A program made the translations under genes and the position numbers. A stretch of 63,241 bases of DNA, filler included. It is 7 parts of 7 records of this genome, joined end to end, with 100 filler letters (N's around TTAATTAATTAA, not from the genome) between each part and the next. Parts side by side here need not be neighbours in the genome. Positions count along the whole stretch, not along the records: positions 26,535 to 34,692 come from SRR20825010_6896; positions 34,793 to 38,890 come from SRR20825010_6903; positions 38,991 to 55,468 come from SRR20825010_6904; 4 more parts are not named here. One strand, given 5' to 3'. This document shows, one piece after another, positions 30,424 through 39,232 of this stretch. How positions within the stretch are numbered: position 1 is the stretch's first letter; every line of letters begins with the position of its first letter. Under the pieces are notes generated by a model that saw nothing but the letters and a program-made list of their open reading frames with translations, searched no databases and was not told where the DNA came from.

Positions 30424-31390
30424 GACTATCAGCTTTTAGTTCGTTAAGTTCATTTCTAATCAGACGATTTTCCGCATCCAATTGAATGATGTACAAAGTT
30501 AATTCTTCAACTTTTTCAAGTAGCTTTAGTTGCATATTCTCTAGGTTTAAACCTTCCATTCTTATCTCTTCTTCCGAAGGAATGTTAGGTAGATGAGAAT
30601 TAGTGAGAACGAACTCCTTCAAGTCTAAAATTGGCATTAACGTATAGCTAGTCTTAAATACATAATCGGGTACAGGGATGTCATCTCTTAACCGAACTCT
30701 GACTGAAGTACAGTAGAGTCCACCATCATTATTAACAAGGAATGCCGTTTTATCCTGTCCATTGTCCAAAGTTGTAAATCTTATCCATGGTTTATTTGTT
30801 CCCAATATATAATGCCCCTCAATGAAGGCTCCAGTGGTTGGGTTAAATTGTGTGCCAAGTCTTACCCCTCCACTAAAGTAGCCAACTCCTCTCACGTCCA
30901 ATTTATGCAATGGATCGTTCGTGCCGATTCCTACACTTACTTCAGGACAGGGACTATAAATTTTATTTAATCCACTTTTCCAAGTTGGTAAAGACAAGTA
31001 TTGAGCTGAGCAACCGCGAGTATCGTTGTATAGAGCATTAATTATATAATCTCTCGTACTGGATTCATTCCCACGTACAATTGCGCCAGTCGGATCTATA
31101 AAAGTGAGCTTACTGTCATCGAGCTGACTTGACTCCGTCATATTTGGAACATAAAGTTGACCATTGACTTTTAAATCTTCATCAACACGTGCAGAACTTT
31201 CAAAGGTGGCGTCTCTTGACACGACCATTGAACTGTCAACGCGCATATCACCTGCGACACGTAATTTTTCAGACGGTGCAGCAGTTCCAATTCCTACGTT
31301 TCCATTTGTAGGAAATGAATTGTTTCCGTTTTGGGCTAAAACTGTTAAACCTAGGCAAACAGTCGCCATTGTTAAGATGTGTTTTTTCAT
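30416..31390 (-). CDS. Secreted fibre-like protein with GNVGIGT repeats and S74-like C-terminal coiled coil
   Basis: Signal peptide, GNVGIGT/VGIGT repeats, PDYVF...HLPNIPS...LLEKVEELTLYII motif. Confidence 0.78.
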   Translation of the reverse strand: MKKHILTMATVCLGLTVLAQNGNNSFPTNGNVGIGTAAPSEKLRVAGDMRVDSSMVVSRDATFESSARVDEDLKVNGQLYVPNMTESSQLDDSKLTFIDPTGAIVRGNESSTRDYIINALYNDTRGCSAQYLSLPTWKSGLNKIYSPCPEVSVGIGTNDPLHKLDVRGVGYFSGGVRLGTQFNPTTGAFIEGHYILGTNKPWIRFTTLDNGQDKTAFLVNNDGGLYCTSVRVRLRDDIPVPDYVFKTSYTLMPILDLKEFVLTNSHLPNIPSEEEIRMEGLNLENMQLKLLEKVEELTLYIIQLDAENRLIRNELNELKADSHE

Positions 31391-31485
31391 AATTGTTATT
31401 TTAAGTTATTGTTTGATACGATTCATATATAGTTGGGAAGGTTATTAGTAGCACACTTGGTTAAATTAGGATAGTAAAACGTAAT

Positions 31486-31860
31486 CTATGTAGGTTTCTT
31501 TGAGCCATATAAATCGTCTTCAATACGTCTTATACACTCTACCAATTCTCCCGTTTTAGGGTTCTGTTTCATGAAGATCACATTGTTAGCAGATGGTTTG
31601 TTATCCCTTTCATAGAATGGGACAACAATTACTGGCTTTGAAACTGAACTTATGAATGAGCTAATCAATTCTGGGTTATATTTTACACTCAGAATTTCAG
31701 GCTCGATGAGTACAATTATTGAGAAATTCGAAGAAAACAAATCAAAAAGGTGCGAAACGTGTTTTACCCTGTTCGATAATTTTGCATTGAGCAAATGGAC
31801 AATTGCTACCCGATTCATTAGTTGTGGATGATACAGACCTATACTGATACTATTATTCAT
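31486..31860 (-). CDS. Stand-alone degenerate receiver-like protein
   Basis: 124 aa; pattern parallels a NarL REC domain (IGLYHPQLMNRVAIVHLL ... FMKQNPKTGELVECIRRI) but lacks the acidic DD pair. Confidence 0.45.
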   Translation of the reverse strand: MNNSISIGLYHPQLMNRVAIVHLLNAKLSNRVKHVSHLFDLFSSNFSIIVLIEPEILSVKYNPELISSFISSVSKPVIVVPFYERDNKPSANNVIFMKQNPKTGELVECIRRIEDDLYGSKKPT

Positions 31861-32130
31861 AGAGGTTCGGTTTTTATTTAAACGTTGGCTAGAATTATAG
31901 ACTAGAGCAAGGGGTGAATTTGTCTATTTGGAATTGACAAGGGAGACACCCCTTACTTTCTAATCTAATCTAACCACTATTCAACTGTTTGGAGTTCGAG
32001 TATCCATGCAGATGACAAGACAATGATCTGAATAACGGTTTTTTAAACCAAAAAAAAATTGAACAATTATGTGAAGATTCACAAGATAATTAGTGTGAAG
32101 GTTTATTCACAAACCTTAACGTACTGATTA

Positions 32131-33078
32131 TCACTTACTAGTGAAGGTTTTGGCTCGGCGGGATAAGACATCCCTAAGTTCTGAATTTGTAGACACATCA
32201 AACTTTATATACATATTGGAGGCGTGCTTACGTGCGTTATCGTATGTCAAATTTAACTTGTCAGCTACTTGCTGATGATCAAGGTTTTGAAGTAGAAGGT
32301 TTAAAACTTCCGTTTCTCTTTTTGTTAGCACAATCACATCACTATTTAGAGAACCGAGTTCTGTTCTTTCTGCTAGCGCAGATGAAAAGAGAATGGAATT
32401 TGATTTAACAATTGTAGATTCTAATTTAAGCTGCCTATAATGTTGAATATAATATGAAGTGCCAATACTAAAATAAACAAGGTTAAAGCAGACTAATTTT
32501 AATGCACTTGACACAATAAGGAAGTTAATAATTGGGATCAAACAAGCTAATATGCAAGCAAACAAAGCTCCAAGATAGATAAGTGATGAACCTTTTTTTT
32601 CCCGGCTTGCACTTTTCATTAGGATCGTTGAAAAATAGAATGCAATTCCCGTAAGAATTAAATTCGTCCATATTGGATTGAGGTGTGAAAGCATGAGCTG
32701 ATCAACTAGGGCTGTTATGGTAAGGGCTAGAATTAGTTCCTTGGTGGTTGTTTTGTTTTCTAGTGCTTTAGTCTCCTTTCTTAAGTAATGGTATGTGCAG
32801 ACCATCAAAAACAAGGAATAAACATTCAATGTTCGCTCAGACAAATAATCATCCGCTCCAAACAACCCATAGATGGTCATGGAAATTAAGTTGAAGCCAA
32901 TGAAGCTCGTGGTTAACAGTAAAAACCTAAGTCTTGTACGATCTTTCTTCCGTGTAGCGAAATTCATCCATTGGGATGGTAACACAATTACCTGCAAAAA
33001 CAATGAGATATATATCGGTATAGCGGTCTCGATTCCAATCATTTGAGCTAAATATAATTCGCCCCAATTTAATTTCAT
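32131..33078 (-). CDS. Membrane-bound LuxR-family transcriptional regulator
   Basis: About 6-7 hydrophobic segments, then a LuxR HTH (LTKRETEVLNLLLQ...QVADKLNLTYDNARKHASNMYIKF). Confidence 0.85.
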   Translation of the reverse strand: MKLNWGELYLAQMIGIETAIPIYISLFLQVIVLPSQWMNFATRKKDRTRLRFLLLTTSFIGFNLISMTIYGLFGADDYLSERTLNVYSLFLMVCTYHYLRKETKALENKTTTKELILALTITALVDQLMLSHLNPIWTNLILTGIAFYFSTILMKSASREKKGSSLIYLGALFACILACLIPIINFLIVSSALKLVCFNLVYFSIGTSYYIQHYRQLKLESTIVKSNSILFSSALAERTELGSLNSDVIVLTKRETEVLNLLLQNLDHQQVADKLNLTYDNARKHASNMYIKFDVSTNSELRDVLSRRAKTFTSK

Positions 33079-33094
33079 AACACTACCTTAATTA

Positions 33095-33129
33095 ATAGTA
33101 TTTTCCGCACGTCATGCGGAAAATACTAT
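33095..33129. promoter_or_regulatory. Perfect 15-bp inverted repeat in the divergent intergenic region
   Basis: ATAGTATTTTCCGCA-CGTCA-TGCGGAAAATACTAT. Confidence 0.65.
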
Positions 33130-33234
33130 CACAACATTCAACGTAAATAGTCACTCATTTCTATCTAACCATCTATTTAATTTTGTTTGGACAAAAATTA
33201 TTAGTTTTTTTGATTTTAATCTAAAACTTAATCT

Positions 33235-33543
33235 ATGTCATTCAATGGTACAGAAGGGGGAGCGATACCTCTATCAGACGGAGCAGCTATGACTGCCAAT
33301 TTCCGACGAAAAAATCCAAATCAAATTATTGCTCGTTTTTTTGGCAAGGAAATTTTAGAACAATTATTGGCGCAGGAAGAAGCTCAAGGGATACGAATGT
33401 ATTATGGACTTGATGCGGATAATCAAAATCAACTTATCTTGGTGGCTGCCGATTCAGATGAAAATGATATTCTTGAATTGGTGGCTGATATTTCACATCC
33501 ATGCCCTTTGGCTTGCAGTAGTTCCAATCCTTTAAACTCCTAA
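33235..33543 (+). CDS. Small Bacteroidota protein with C-terminal PCPxxC motif
   Basis: 102 aa, no signal peptide; FFGKE, GIRMYYG, QLILVAAD...ND, HPCPLACS motifs. Confidence 0.8.
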   Translation: MSFNGTEGGAIPLSDGAAMTANFRRKNPNQIIARFFGKEILEQLLAQEEAQGIRMYYGLDADNQNQLILVAADSDENDILELVADISHPCPLACSSSNPLNS

Positions 33544-34184
33544 TGTTTTTCACGGACTTAATGAATTTATCAATGATTTCAATACTACCTCCGAGTTTCT
33601 TCGGGGTAGTATTCTTTAAGTCGTTGCCGAAGCCAATTAGACTGCTAGTTATTTTTATTCTATGTACTCTGATTGTTGAGATTGTCGCCTATCTAATGTT
33701 TCTCAGCAATCATAATAACATGGACTTAATTCAAGCGTACACTTACCTTGAGTTCATTTCTTTGTCCGTGATCTACTTTAGTATCACTAAAGGAAGGTTT
33801 GGGATGTTGCTTATAGCTGTCCTAGCGATACTCTTTGTGTTTTCGACTATATTTTCTTCAATTCTTGGAATAGGGGACGTTCAATTAGCTACACTTAATC
33901 GCCTAGTAGAACCATGTTTGCTAATTATATTCTTTGTTGTGTATCTTGCGAGCGCAATGAATTATGAGGACACGCCATATTTGGAGCATAGTCCTTATTT
34001 TCTCCTTACGGTAGGATTGCTGCTTTATTTTACAGGAATGACAATCACTTTTTTATTCTTTGAATTAATGGAATTGAAAGGTGCGATTAAGCCTTGGAAC
34101 ATTCATGGTTTTTTGAATATTATGCTGAATATATTTTATACAATAGTAATATGGAAAGGGAGCAGGGTATCGAAAGCCTTATAG
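33543..34184 (+). CDS. Multi-pass (about 7 TM) membrane protein
   Basis: Hydrophobic throughout; HNNM, YTYLEF, GLLLYF, IHGFLN motifs; TAATG overlap with the upstream gene. Confidence 0.8.
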   Translation: MFFTDLMNLSMISILPPSFFGVVFFKSLPKPIRLLVIFILCTLIVEIVAYLMFLSNHNNMDLIQAYTYLEFISLSVIYFSITKGRFGMLLIAVLAILFVFSTIFSSILGIGDVQLATLNRLVEPCLLIIFFVVYLASAMNYEDTPYLEHSPYFLLTVGLLLYFTGMTITFLFFELMELKGAIKPWNIHGFLNIMLNIFYTIVIWKGSRVSKAL

Positions 34185-34387
34185 GTTTGGCAATTTTAAT
34201 TGTGGTGTTTTTCGTGGTTTTACTGCTAATAGTAATTATTACCCAACGAAGACGACTTTTTTTAAAACGGTCTTTAGTAAGACAATTGGAGAATGAATGT
34301 GAGAATGAAACAAAAAAGCTAGAAAGTAAACTTGAAACGGTCATTTCAGAATTAGACAAGATTAAGAGTCAACTTCCACAATCATAG
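34151..34387 (+). CDS. Single-TM plus coiled-coil protein (histidine-kinase N-terminus-like stub)
   Basis: MEREQ..., one TM, QRRRLF, heptad coil; no H-box or ATPase domain. Confidence 0.6.
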   Translation: MEREQGIESLIGLAILIVVFFVVLLLIVIITQRRRLFLKRSLVRQLENECENETKKLESKLETVISELDKIKSQLPQS

Positions 34388-34417
34388 CGGATCAATGTCT
34401 AAAACCAATTCAAGATA

Positions 34418-34687
34418 ATGGAACAAATTAATAGTGACATAAAAGTAATCGAAAGCTTCGTGTTTATCGTAACCGCTGTCATATTGTTGCTAGTAATTCT
34501 TTTTGTATTCACGCTGATAGATATTAAACGTAAGATTTACCTTGAAGAGATGACCATTAAGGTCATTAAAACGGAATGCCATCCAAGACAAAACAAACTA
34601 AACACAGAACTGTTAGCCATAAATATTGAGATAAGGAGAATAAAAAAAATTATTGAACGGCATAAAGAAAAATCGGAGGAAACCTAG
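34418..34687 (+). CDS. Second single-TM plus coiled-coil protein
   Basis: MEQINS..., one TM, IKRKIY, coil; same architecture as the upstream ORF. Confidence 0.6.
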   Translation: MEQINSDIKVIESFVFIVTAVILLLVILFVFTLIDIKRKIYLEEMTIKVIKTECHPRQNKLNTELLAINIEIRRIKKIIERHKEKSEET

Positions 34688-34692
34688 ATTCC

Positions 34693-34792
34693 NNNNNNNN
34701 NNNNNNNNNNNNNNNNNNNNNNNNNNNNNNNNNNNNTTAATTAATTAANNNNNNNNNNNNNNNNNNNNNNNNNNNNNNNNNNNNNNNNNNNN
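34693..34792. other. Artificial contig linker
   Basis: N44-TTAATTAATTAA-N44. Confidence 0.98.
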
Positions 34793-35215
34793 ATCCGGCC
34801 CGCCGTAATAAAGCTTTTCAATCGCCGGGGCATAGACAACACCCAGAACCGGCTGTCCTTTGGATATCAGGGCGATATTGACGGTGAACTCGCCATTGCG
34901 TTTGATGAATTCCTTCGTACCATCCAGCGGATCGACCAGCCAGAAGAAATCCGTATCGGCACTAACGTCGGGCACATCGCCCTTCGCAGCACTTTCTTCC
35001 GAGACGATTTTAACATCCGGGGTGAGTGCGCGCAGGCCCGGCAGAATGACTGCCTCTGCCGCGTCATCGGCCTCGGTCACCGGTGAAGCATCATCCTTCG
35101 ACCGCACGTCGAAATCGGTTTTATAGATTTCCATCATCGCTGCACCGGCCTTGCGGGCAATTTCGATCAATCCGTTTTCAAGCGCGTCGGCATTGGCGGG
35201 CAGGGCAAGGGTCAT
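34793..35215 (-). CDS. cysQ: 3'(2'),5'-bisphosphate nucleotidase CysQ, N-terminal part
   Basis: KDDASPVTEAD, SEE, WLVDPLDGTKEF, EFTVNIAL motifs. Confidence 0.93.
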
Positions 35216-35317
35216 TGCGATCTCGTTTGTTGGCGTGAAGTCACTTGTCTCACTGTCCTGTTGGGATAGGGAATTTTCGCACCAAGGTCCAGCCTGCGAT
35301 GAACCAAAATCACGTTT

Positions 35318-35686
35318 TCAGGATTTTTTTCCGAACCGCGCGGTCATAACGGCCTTAAGAGCAGTCAATAAATCTGCGCTCAAACGATCATGATCAACCA
35401 CCACCGGCCCCTGTGACGGTGTCGGGGTAATGCCGGGCAAAATATCCTGATCACGCCACTGAGGGATCAAATCTTCCATCATCTCGACCAGTGTAATTGC
35501 GGTGGCGACATGGTTGGTCTGAATGCTTGCACCCCAGCTTTGCGCATCTTCTCGACGGGCAAAAAGCGGGCAGAACTTTTGTCCATCATCCGTGGTATGG
35601 AGCAACCAGCCATTATGATAAAGCGCCCAAACCCCTTCCCACTTTGCGACCTGATCGATGAAATCGCTGTATCTATCATCGTTCAT
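35318..35686 (-). CDS. DUF2750-like protein
   Basis: RYSDFIDQV...VWAL...GW...PLF pattern; ATGA overlap with the amrB/A stop. Confidence 0.65.
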   Translation of the reverse strand: MNDDRYSDFIDQVAKWEGVWALYHNGWLLHTTDDGQKFCPLFARREDAQSWGASIQTNHVATAITLVEMMEDLIPQWRDQDILPGITPTPSQGPVVVDHDRLSADLLTALKAVMTARFGKKS

Positions 35687-37158
35687 TGGGAATTTTCAGT
35701 CTGCCAAAATCCGGTCGGCTTGACTTCTTTGGCCGACAGGCCGCGCGTGATAAACCGCTCAGCCCGCAGGGTGTCGGACCAATGATCCATCGGAAGCCCC
35801 GCCTTGCGTTTAAGATTGGCCAAAAAGTCGGCAGGTTCGGGCAACTGATCCCAGACTTGCGGCAGGAACAATCCCCGCCGATTGCCGTCTGACAAAATAA
35901 TCCCGTCTTCAAACGGGGTAAGCTTGCCAATTAGATCGGCCTGACTGGTAAACGGAAAAGGATGCGGTGGCGACAGGACCGAGATCGATAATTCCAGATC
36001 ATCCTTGATCTCGTCCATGCTTAATCCCGGAAAACGCGGATCGCGAAAGGCGGCCTTAAACGCATTCTCGCACAGATCATTCGCAAGCCCCGTATGGGCA
36101 ATAATCGATCCGATGCAGCCCCGCAATTGCCCGGCTTTTTTCAAGGTGACAAAACTTGCACCGGGGGCATTAAGCGCCGGGTCAATGTCATTTGGCGAAA
36201 CGCGAAGCGGCGTTCCGTGGTCAAGCCCATGCAGGATCGATTGTCGGCACAGATCAAGCATCGCCGCACCATGGCTGCTGATCAGTTTTTCAGTCGCACC
36301 GGTAAAGTCATGTTCCTGATCGTCCGTTGATGTCACTTGCGGTATCCCGTCATAAATCGCCCATGCACCATATCCAACGACGCGGGATTTATCGCCGGTA
36401 ACGTCGCCGGAATTACGCATGCCAAGGGTCTTGATTTGCATGCCGCGTTTGCGGGCCGATAACAACATACCGGCAACCGGAAGCGCGCCACAGGCATCAT
36501 TGCTTCCGATGTTTTCGGCATCAAAGGCCTCGATCATGGCGCGGGTGTGATTATCCATGCGTTTGGCCGTGTCATAATCATGGAAGTGCGACAGGTCGGA
36601 CGAAATCACGATCAATGTTTCTGTCCCACCCCAAAGTGCTTCGATCACGTCATCAACCTGACGCGGGCTGCAGCGACCGACCAAAAGCGGCACAATGCCA
36701 ATATCGGTGTTTTCGCCAAACAGGCGCTGAATGAACGGCAATTCGATCTCAAGCCCGTGTTCCTGCTTATGCGCATCATCAAGGATCTGAACCTGCGGCA
36801 GGGCAAGGGCAGTTTGCAGCGCGCCAAGATCACAGCGCAGATTGCCAAGCGGTGTGGCAAAGCCATCTGCCTTGGCGAGTGCAATGCCCTGAAACGCCAT
36901 GCGGTGCGCCGGACCAATGATCAGGATGCGCTTTATCTTGCCCTTTAATGCCCGAACCGTCGCAAAGCCAAGGGCCGCAATGGCACCCGAAAACATCAAA
37001 CCGGCATGCGGCACAATGATTGCCTTGGGAATGGCTTCATCCTGCGTCACATCGGAATGCAAGGCGGCATCCATCAGCCCGTCAATCTCGCTGCGCAGGA
37101 TATCGGCATCAGCAGGATAAAACGATCCGGCAACGGCAGGTGGTCGGATGATGGTCAT
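35683..37158 (-). CDS. amrB: AmmeMemoRadiSam protein B (Memo-like) fused to protein A (AMMECR1 domain)
   Basis: RPPAVAGSFYP, PHAG, GPAH, EHGLE, SSDLSH, VVGY, then FVTL...LRGCIG...DPRF...FLPQVW...KAG; start set at ATG 37158. Confidence 0.92.
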   Translation of the reverse strand: MTIIRPPAVAGSFYPADADILRSEIDGLMDAALHSDVTQDEAIPKAIIVPHAGLMFSGAIAALGFATVRALKGKIKRILIIGPAHRMAFQGIALAKADGFATPLGNLRCDLGALQTALALPQVQILDDAHKQEHGLEIELPFIQRLFGENTDIGIVPLLVGRCSPRQVDDVIEALWGGTETLIVISSDLSHFHDYDTAKRMDNHTRAMIEAFDAENIGSNDACGALPVAGMLLSARKRGMQIKTLGMRNSGDVTGDKSRVVGYGAWAIYDGIPQVTSTDDQEHDFTGATEKLISSHGAAMLDLCRQSILHGLDHGTPLRVSPNDIDPALNAPGASFVTLKKAGQLRGCIGSIIAHTGLANDLCENAFKAAFRDPRFPGLSMDEIKDDLELSISVLSPPHPFPFTSQADLIGKLTPFEDGIILSDGNRRGLFLPQVWDQLPEPADFLANLKRKAGLPMDHWSDTLRAERFITRGLSAKEVKPTGFWQTENSQ

Positions 37159-37252
37159 TGGCGCTCCACTTTCCCTAGTTACCCAGAAAACATAGTAAGT
37201 TTTCATCTGCTTTTCAGGGTATATTTTCAACTATCCATGGAGGGAGGCGATA

Positions 37253-38040
37253 TTGGTAAAAAATGGAAATTTTTCTTTAGTGGAAGTGTCCGCTTGGGTT
37301 TCAGGGATGACCTTGGTCTTCTCGATTCTTTATGAGTGGTCCTATCTAAGAGTAATCGATTTCAAGCTAACCGGGGCCATCAGCATCTCAGATTTTGTTG
37401 AACTCGCTCTCGCATGGTTACCTACGGCGCTTTTGCTATACTTACTTGTCGCCATGAATGAATTTCTAACGCAAGGTATAGAGAGGGGCAGACTGAAGAT
37501 GAAATTATAGCGTCTTCGTCGAACCCAAATTTTACAAAAGCATTTCGTAAAGGCCCTTCGATTTTCTTTCAGGTCGTTGCGATTGTTGGTTCCGTGTTTC
37601 AAATTATTTTTGCACCTGAAGTGAGTTATCTTTTTATCGGCATACTCGCAGTTGCCCTGTGGTCGATATTTGCTGGCCGAGTTTCGAGAATCCCTCGAAT
37701 ACAAGAAAAATACTCTAGTTCATTGTGCTCTCTGTTTGTGTTTGTCCCGATCGTTGTGATGACAATTTTGACGCTTGGTGCACTAGAAGCCGAATTGGCT
37801 TTAAAGGCAAAGGACGGACCTTATGATATAAGCTTCACTGACGGTGATAAACTAAGCGAAATACAGATTTTGCGCTTGTTTGATCAAGGAGATCTGATCC
37901 GCAACCCAAGCGATGCAGCAATCAGCTTTGAGCTTTGGTCAGAAGTTGCAGAGTTTAGAAAACCTTCTGAACCTCAAGGGGCCAAGACCTCATTCGCGTG
38001 CAAGTTTTTTGATTGGGCATGCTGGAATAAAGGTGGTTAA
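37253..38040 (+). pseudogene. Frameshifted membrane-protein gene (two ORFs of one gene)
   Basis: ORF 37253-37510 joins the frame of ORF 37594-38040 after a shift near GAGAGGGG (about 37481-37488), giving ...IERGQTEDEIIASSSNPNFTKAFRKGP... Confidence 0.6.
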
Positions 38041-38074
38041 GGGGCTAACACCACCGTGATTTTGGAAAAAGCTG

Positions 38075-38890
38075 ATGACTGATCCCGCGATCAACACCGA
38101 TACCGTCCCCGGCCGCTACTGGCATCACCTTGATGACGGTCGCATTCAGTGCGATGTCTGCCCGCGATATTGTAAGCTCAAAGACGGGCAGCGTGGTCTT
38201 TGCTTTGTCCGGGCACGCCAAGGCGATCAGATGGTTCTGACCACGTGGGGGCGGTCATCGGGCTTTTGCATTGATCCGATTGAAAAGAAACCGCTGAACC
38301 ATTTCCTGCCCGGAACGCCGATCCTGTCCTTTGGCACGGCGGGCTGTAATCTGACGTGTAAGTTCTGCCAGAATTACGAGATTTCCAAAGCACGCGAGAT
38401 GGATAAGCTAAGCTCGCTCGCCACCCCGGAAATGATCGCCAAAACCGCCAAGGCGTATGGATGCTCATCGGTTGCCTTTACCTATAACGATCCGGTGATA
38501 TTCCTTGAATATGCTGTCGATGTTGCGCAGGCCTGCCGCGAATTGGGGCTGCGCACTGTGGCGGTGACGGCGGGCTATATCGGCTATAAGGCGCGCGAAG
38601 AATTTTTCCGCCATATGGATGCGGCCAATGTCGATCTTAAGGGCTTTACCGAGGGGTTCTATCACAAGCTTTGCTCGGCCCATTTGAATGACGTTCTGGA
38701 AACGCTGAAATACCTGAAACATGAAACCGGCGTGTGGTTCGAACTGACCAACCTTGTCATTCCCGGTGAAAATGACAGCGACGCGGAATTTGATGAAATG
38801 ACCAATTGGGTGCGCGATGAACTTGGCCCCGATGTGCCAATGCATTTCACGGCCTTTCACCCCGACTGGAAAATGATGGATCATCCGCGC
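38075..38890 (+). CDS. amrS: AmmeMemoRadiSam radical SAM enzyme (3'-truncated)
   Basis: CDVCPRYC N-domain, DPIEKKPLNHF, GCNLTCKFCQN (CxxxCxxC), AFTYNDP, NVDLKGF. Confidence 0.93.
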
Positions 38891-38990
38891 NNNNNNNNNN
38901 NNNNNNNNNNNNNNNNNNNNNNNNNNNNNNNNNNTTAATTAATTAANNNNNNNNNNNNNNNNNNNNNNNNNNNNNNNNNNNNNNNNNNNN
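38891..38990. other. Artificial contig linker
   Basis: N44-TTAATTAATTAA-N44. Confidence 0.98.
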
Positions 38991-39019
38991 AGCGCGTCTA
39001 CCAATTCCGCCATCTGGGC
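38991..39019 (-). tRNA. tRNA-Leu, 5' fragment cut by the contig edge
   Basis: Reverse strand GCCCAGATGGCGGAATTGGTAGACGCGCT is a typical Leu acceptor and D-arm; anticodon not visible. Confidence 0.75.
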
Positions 39020-39232
39020 ACGCTCGATTGGTCGGCGGGATTTACCGCGCGGCGGGGGCGGCTGTCAAGCACTCACACTCAAAAAATGCACGGGGCTTGT
39101 ATTTATTTTTGCGCAGTCGTGCGTGGGGCCACGTAAAAAGCCCGGCCCGGGCGGCTGACGTTGCGGTACGCTCCGTCTCGGTTTACACTATAGCCTTGGC
39201 TGAATGTTTCTTTGCACACAGGAGGTTACCCC

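Noticed and set aside
15208-34692. AT-rich block as a horizontally acquired island
   Set aside because: Bounded by artificial linkers and carries Bacteroidota housekeeping genes, so it comes from different organisms
38991-39019. tRNA-Leu fragment as an attachment-site remnant of a mobile element
   Set aside because: It is simply cut by the contig edge; no integrase or second copy is visible
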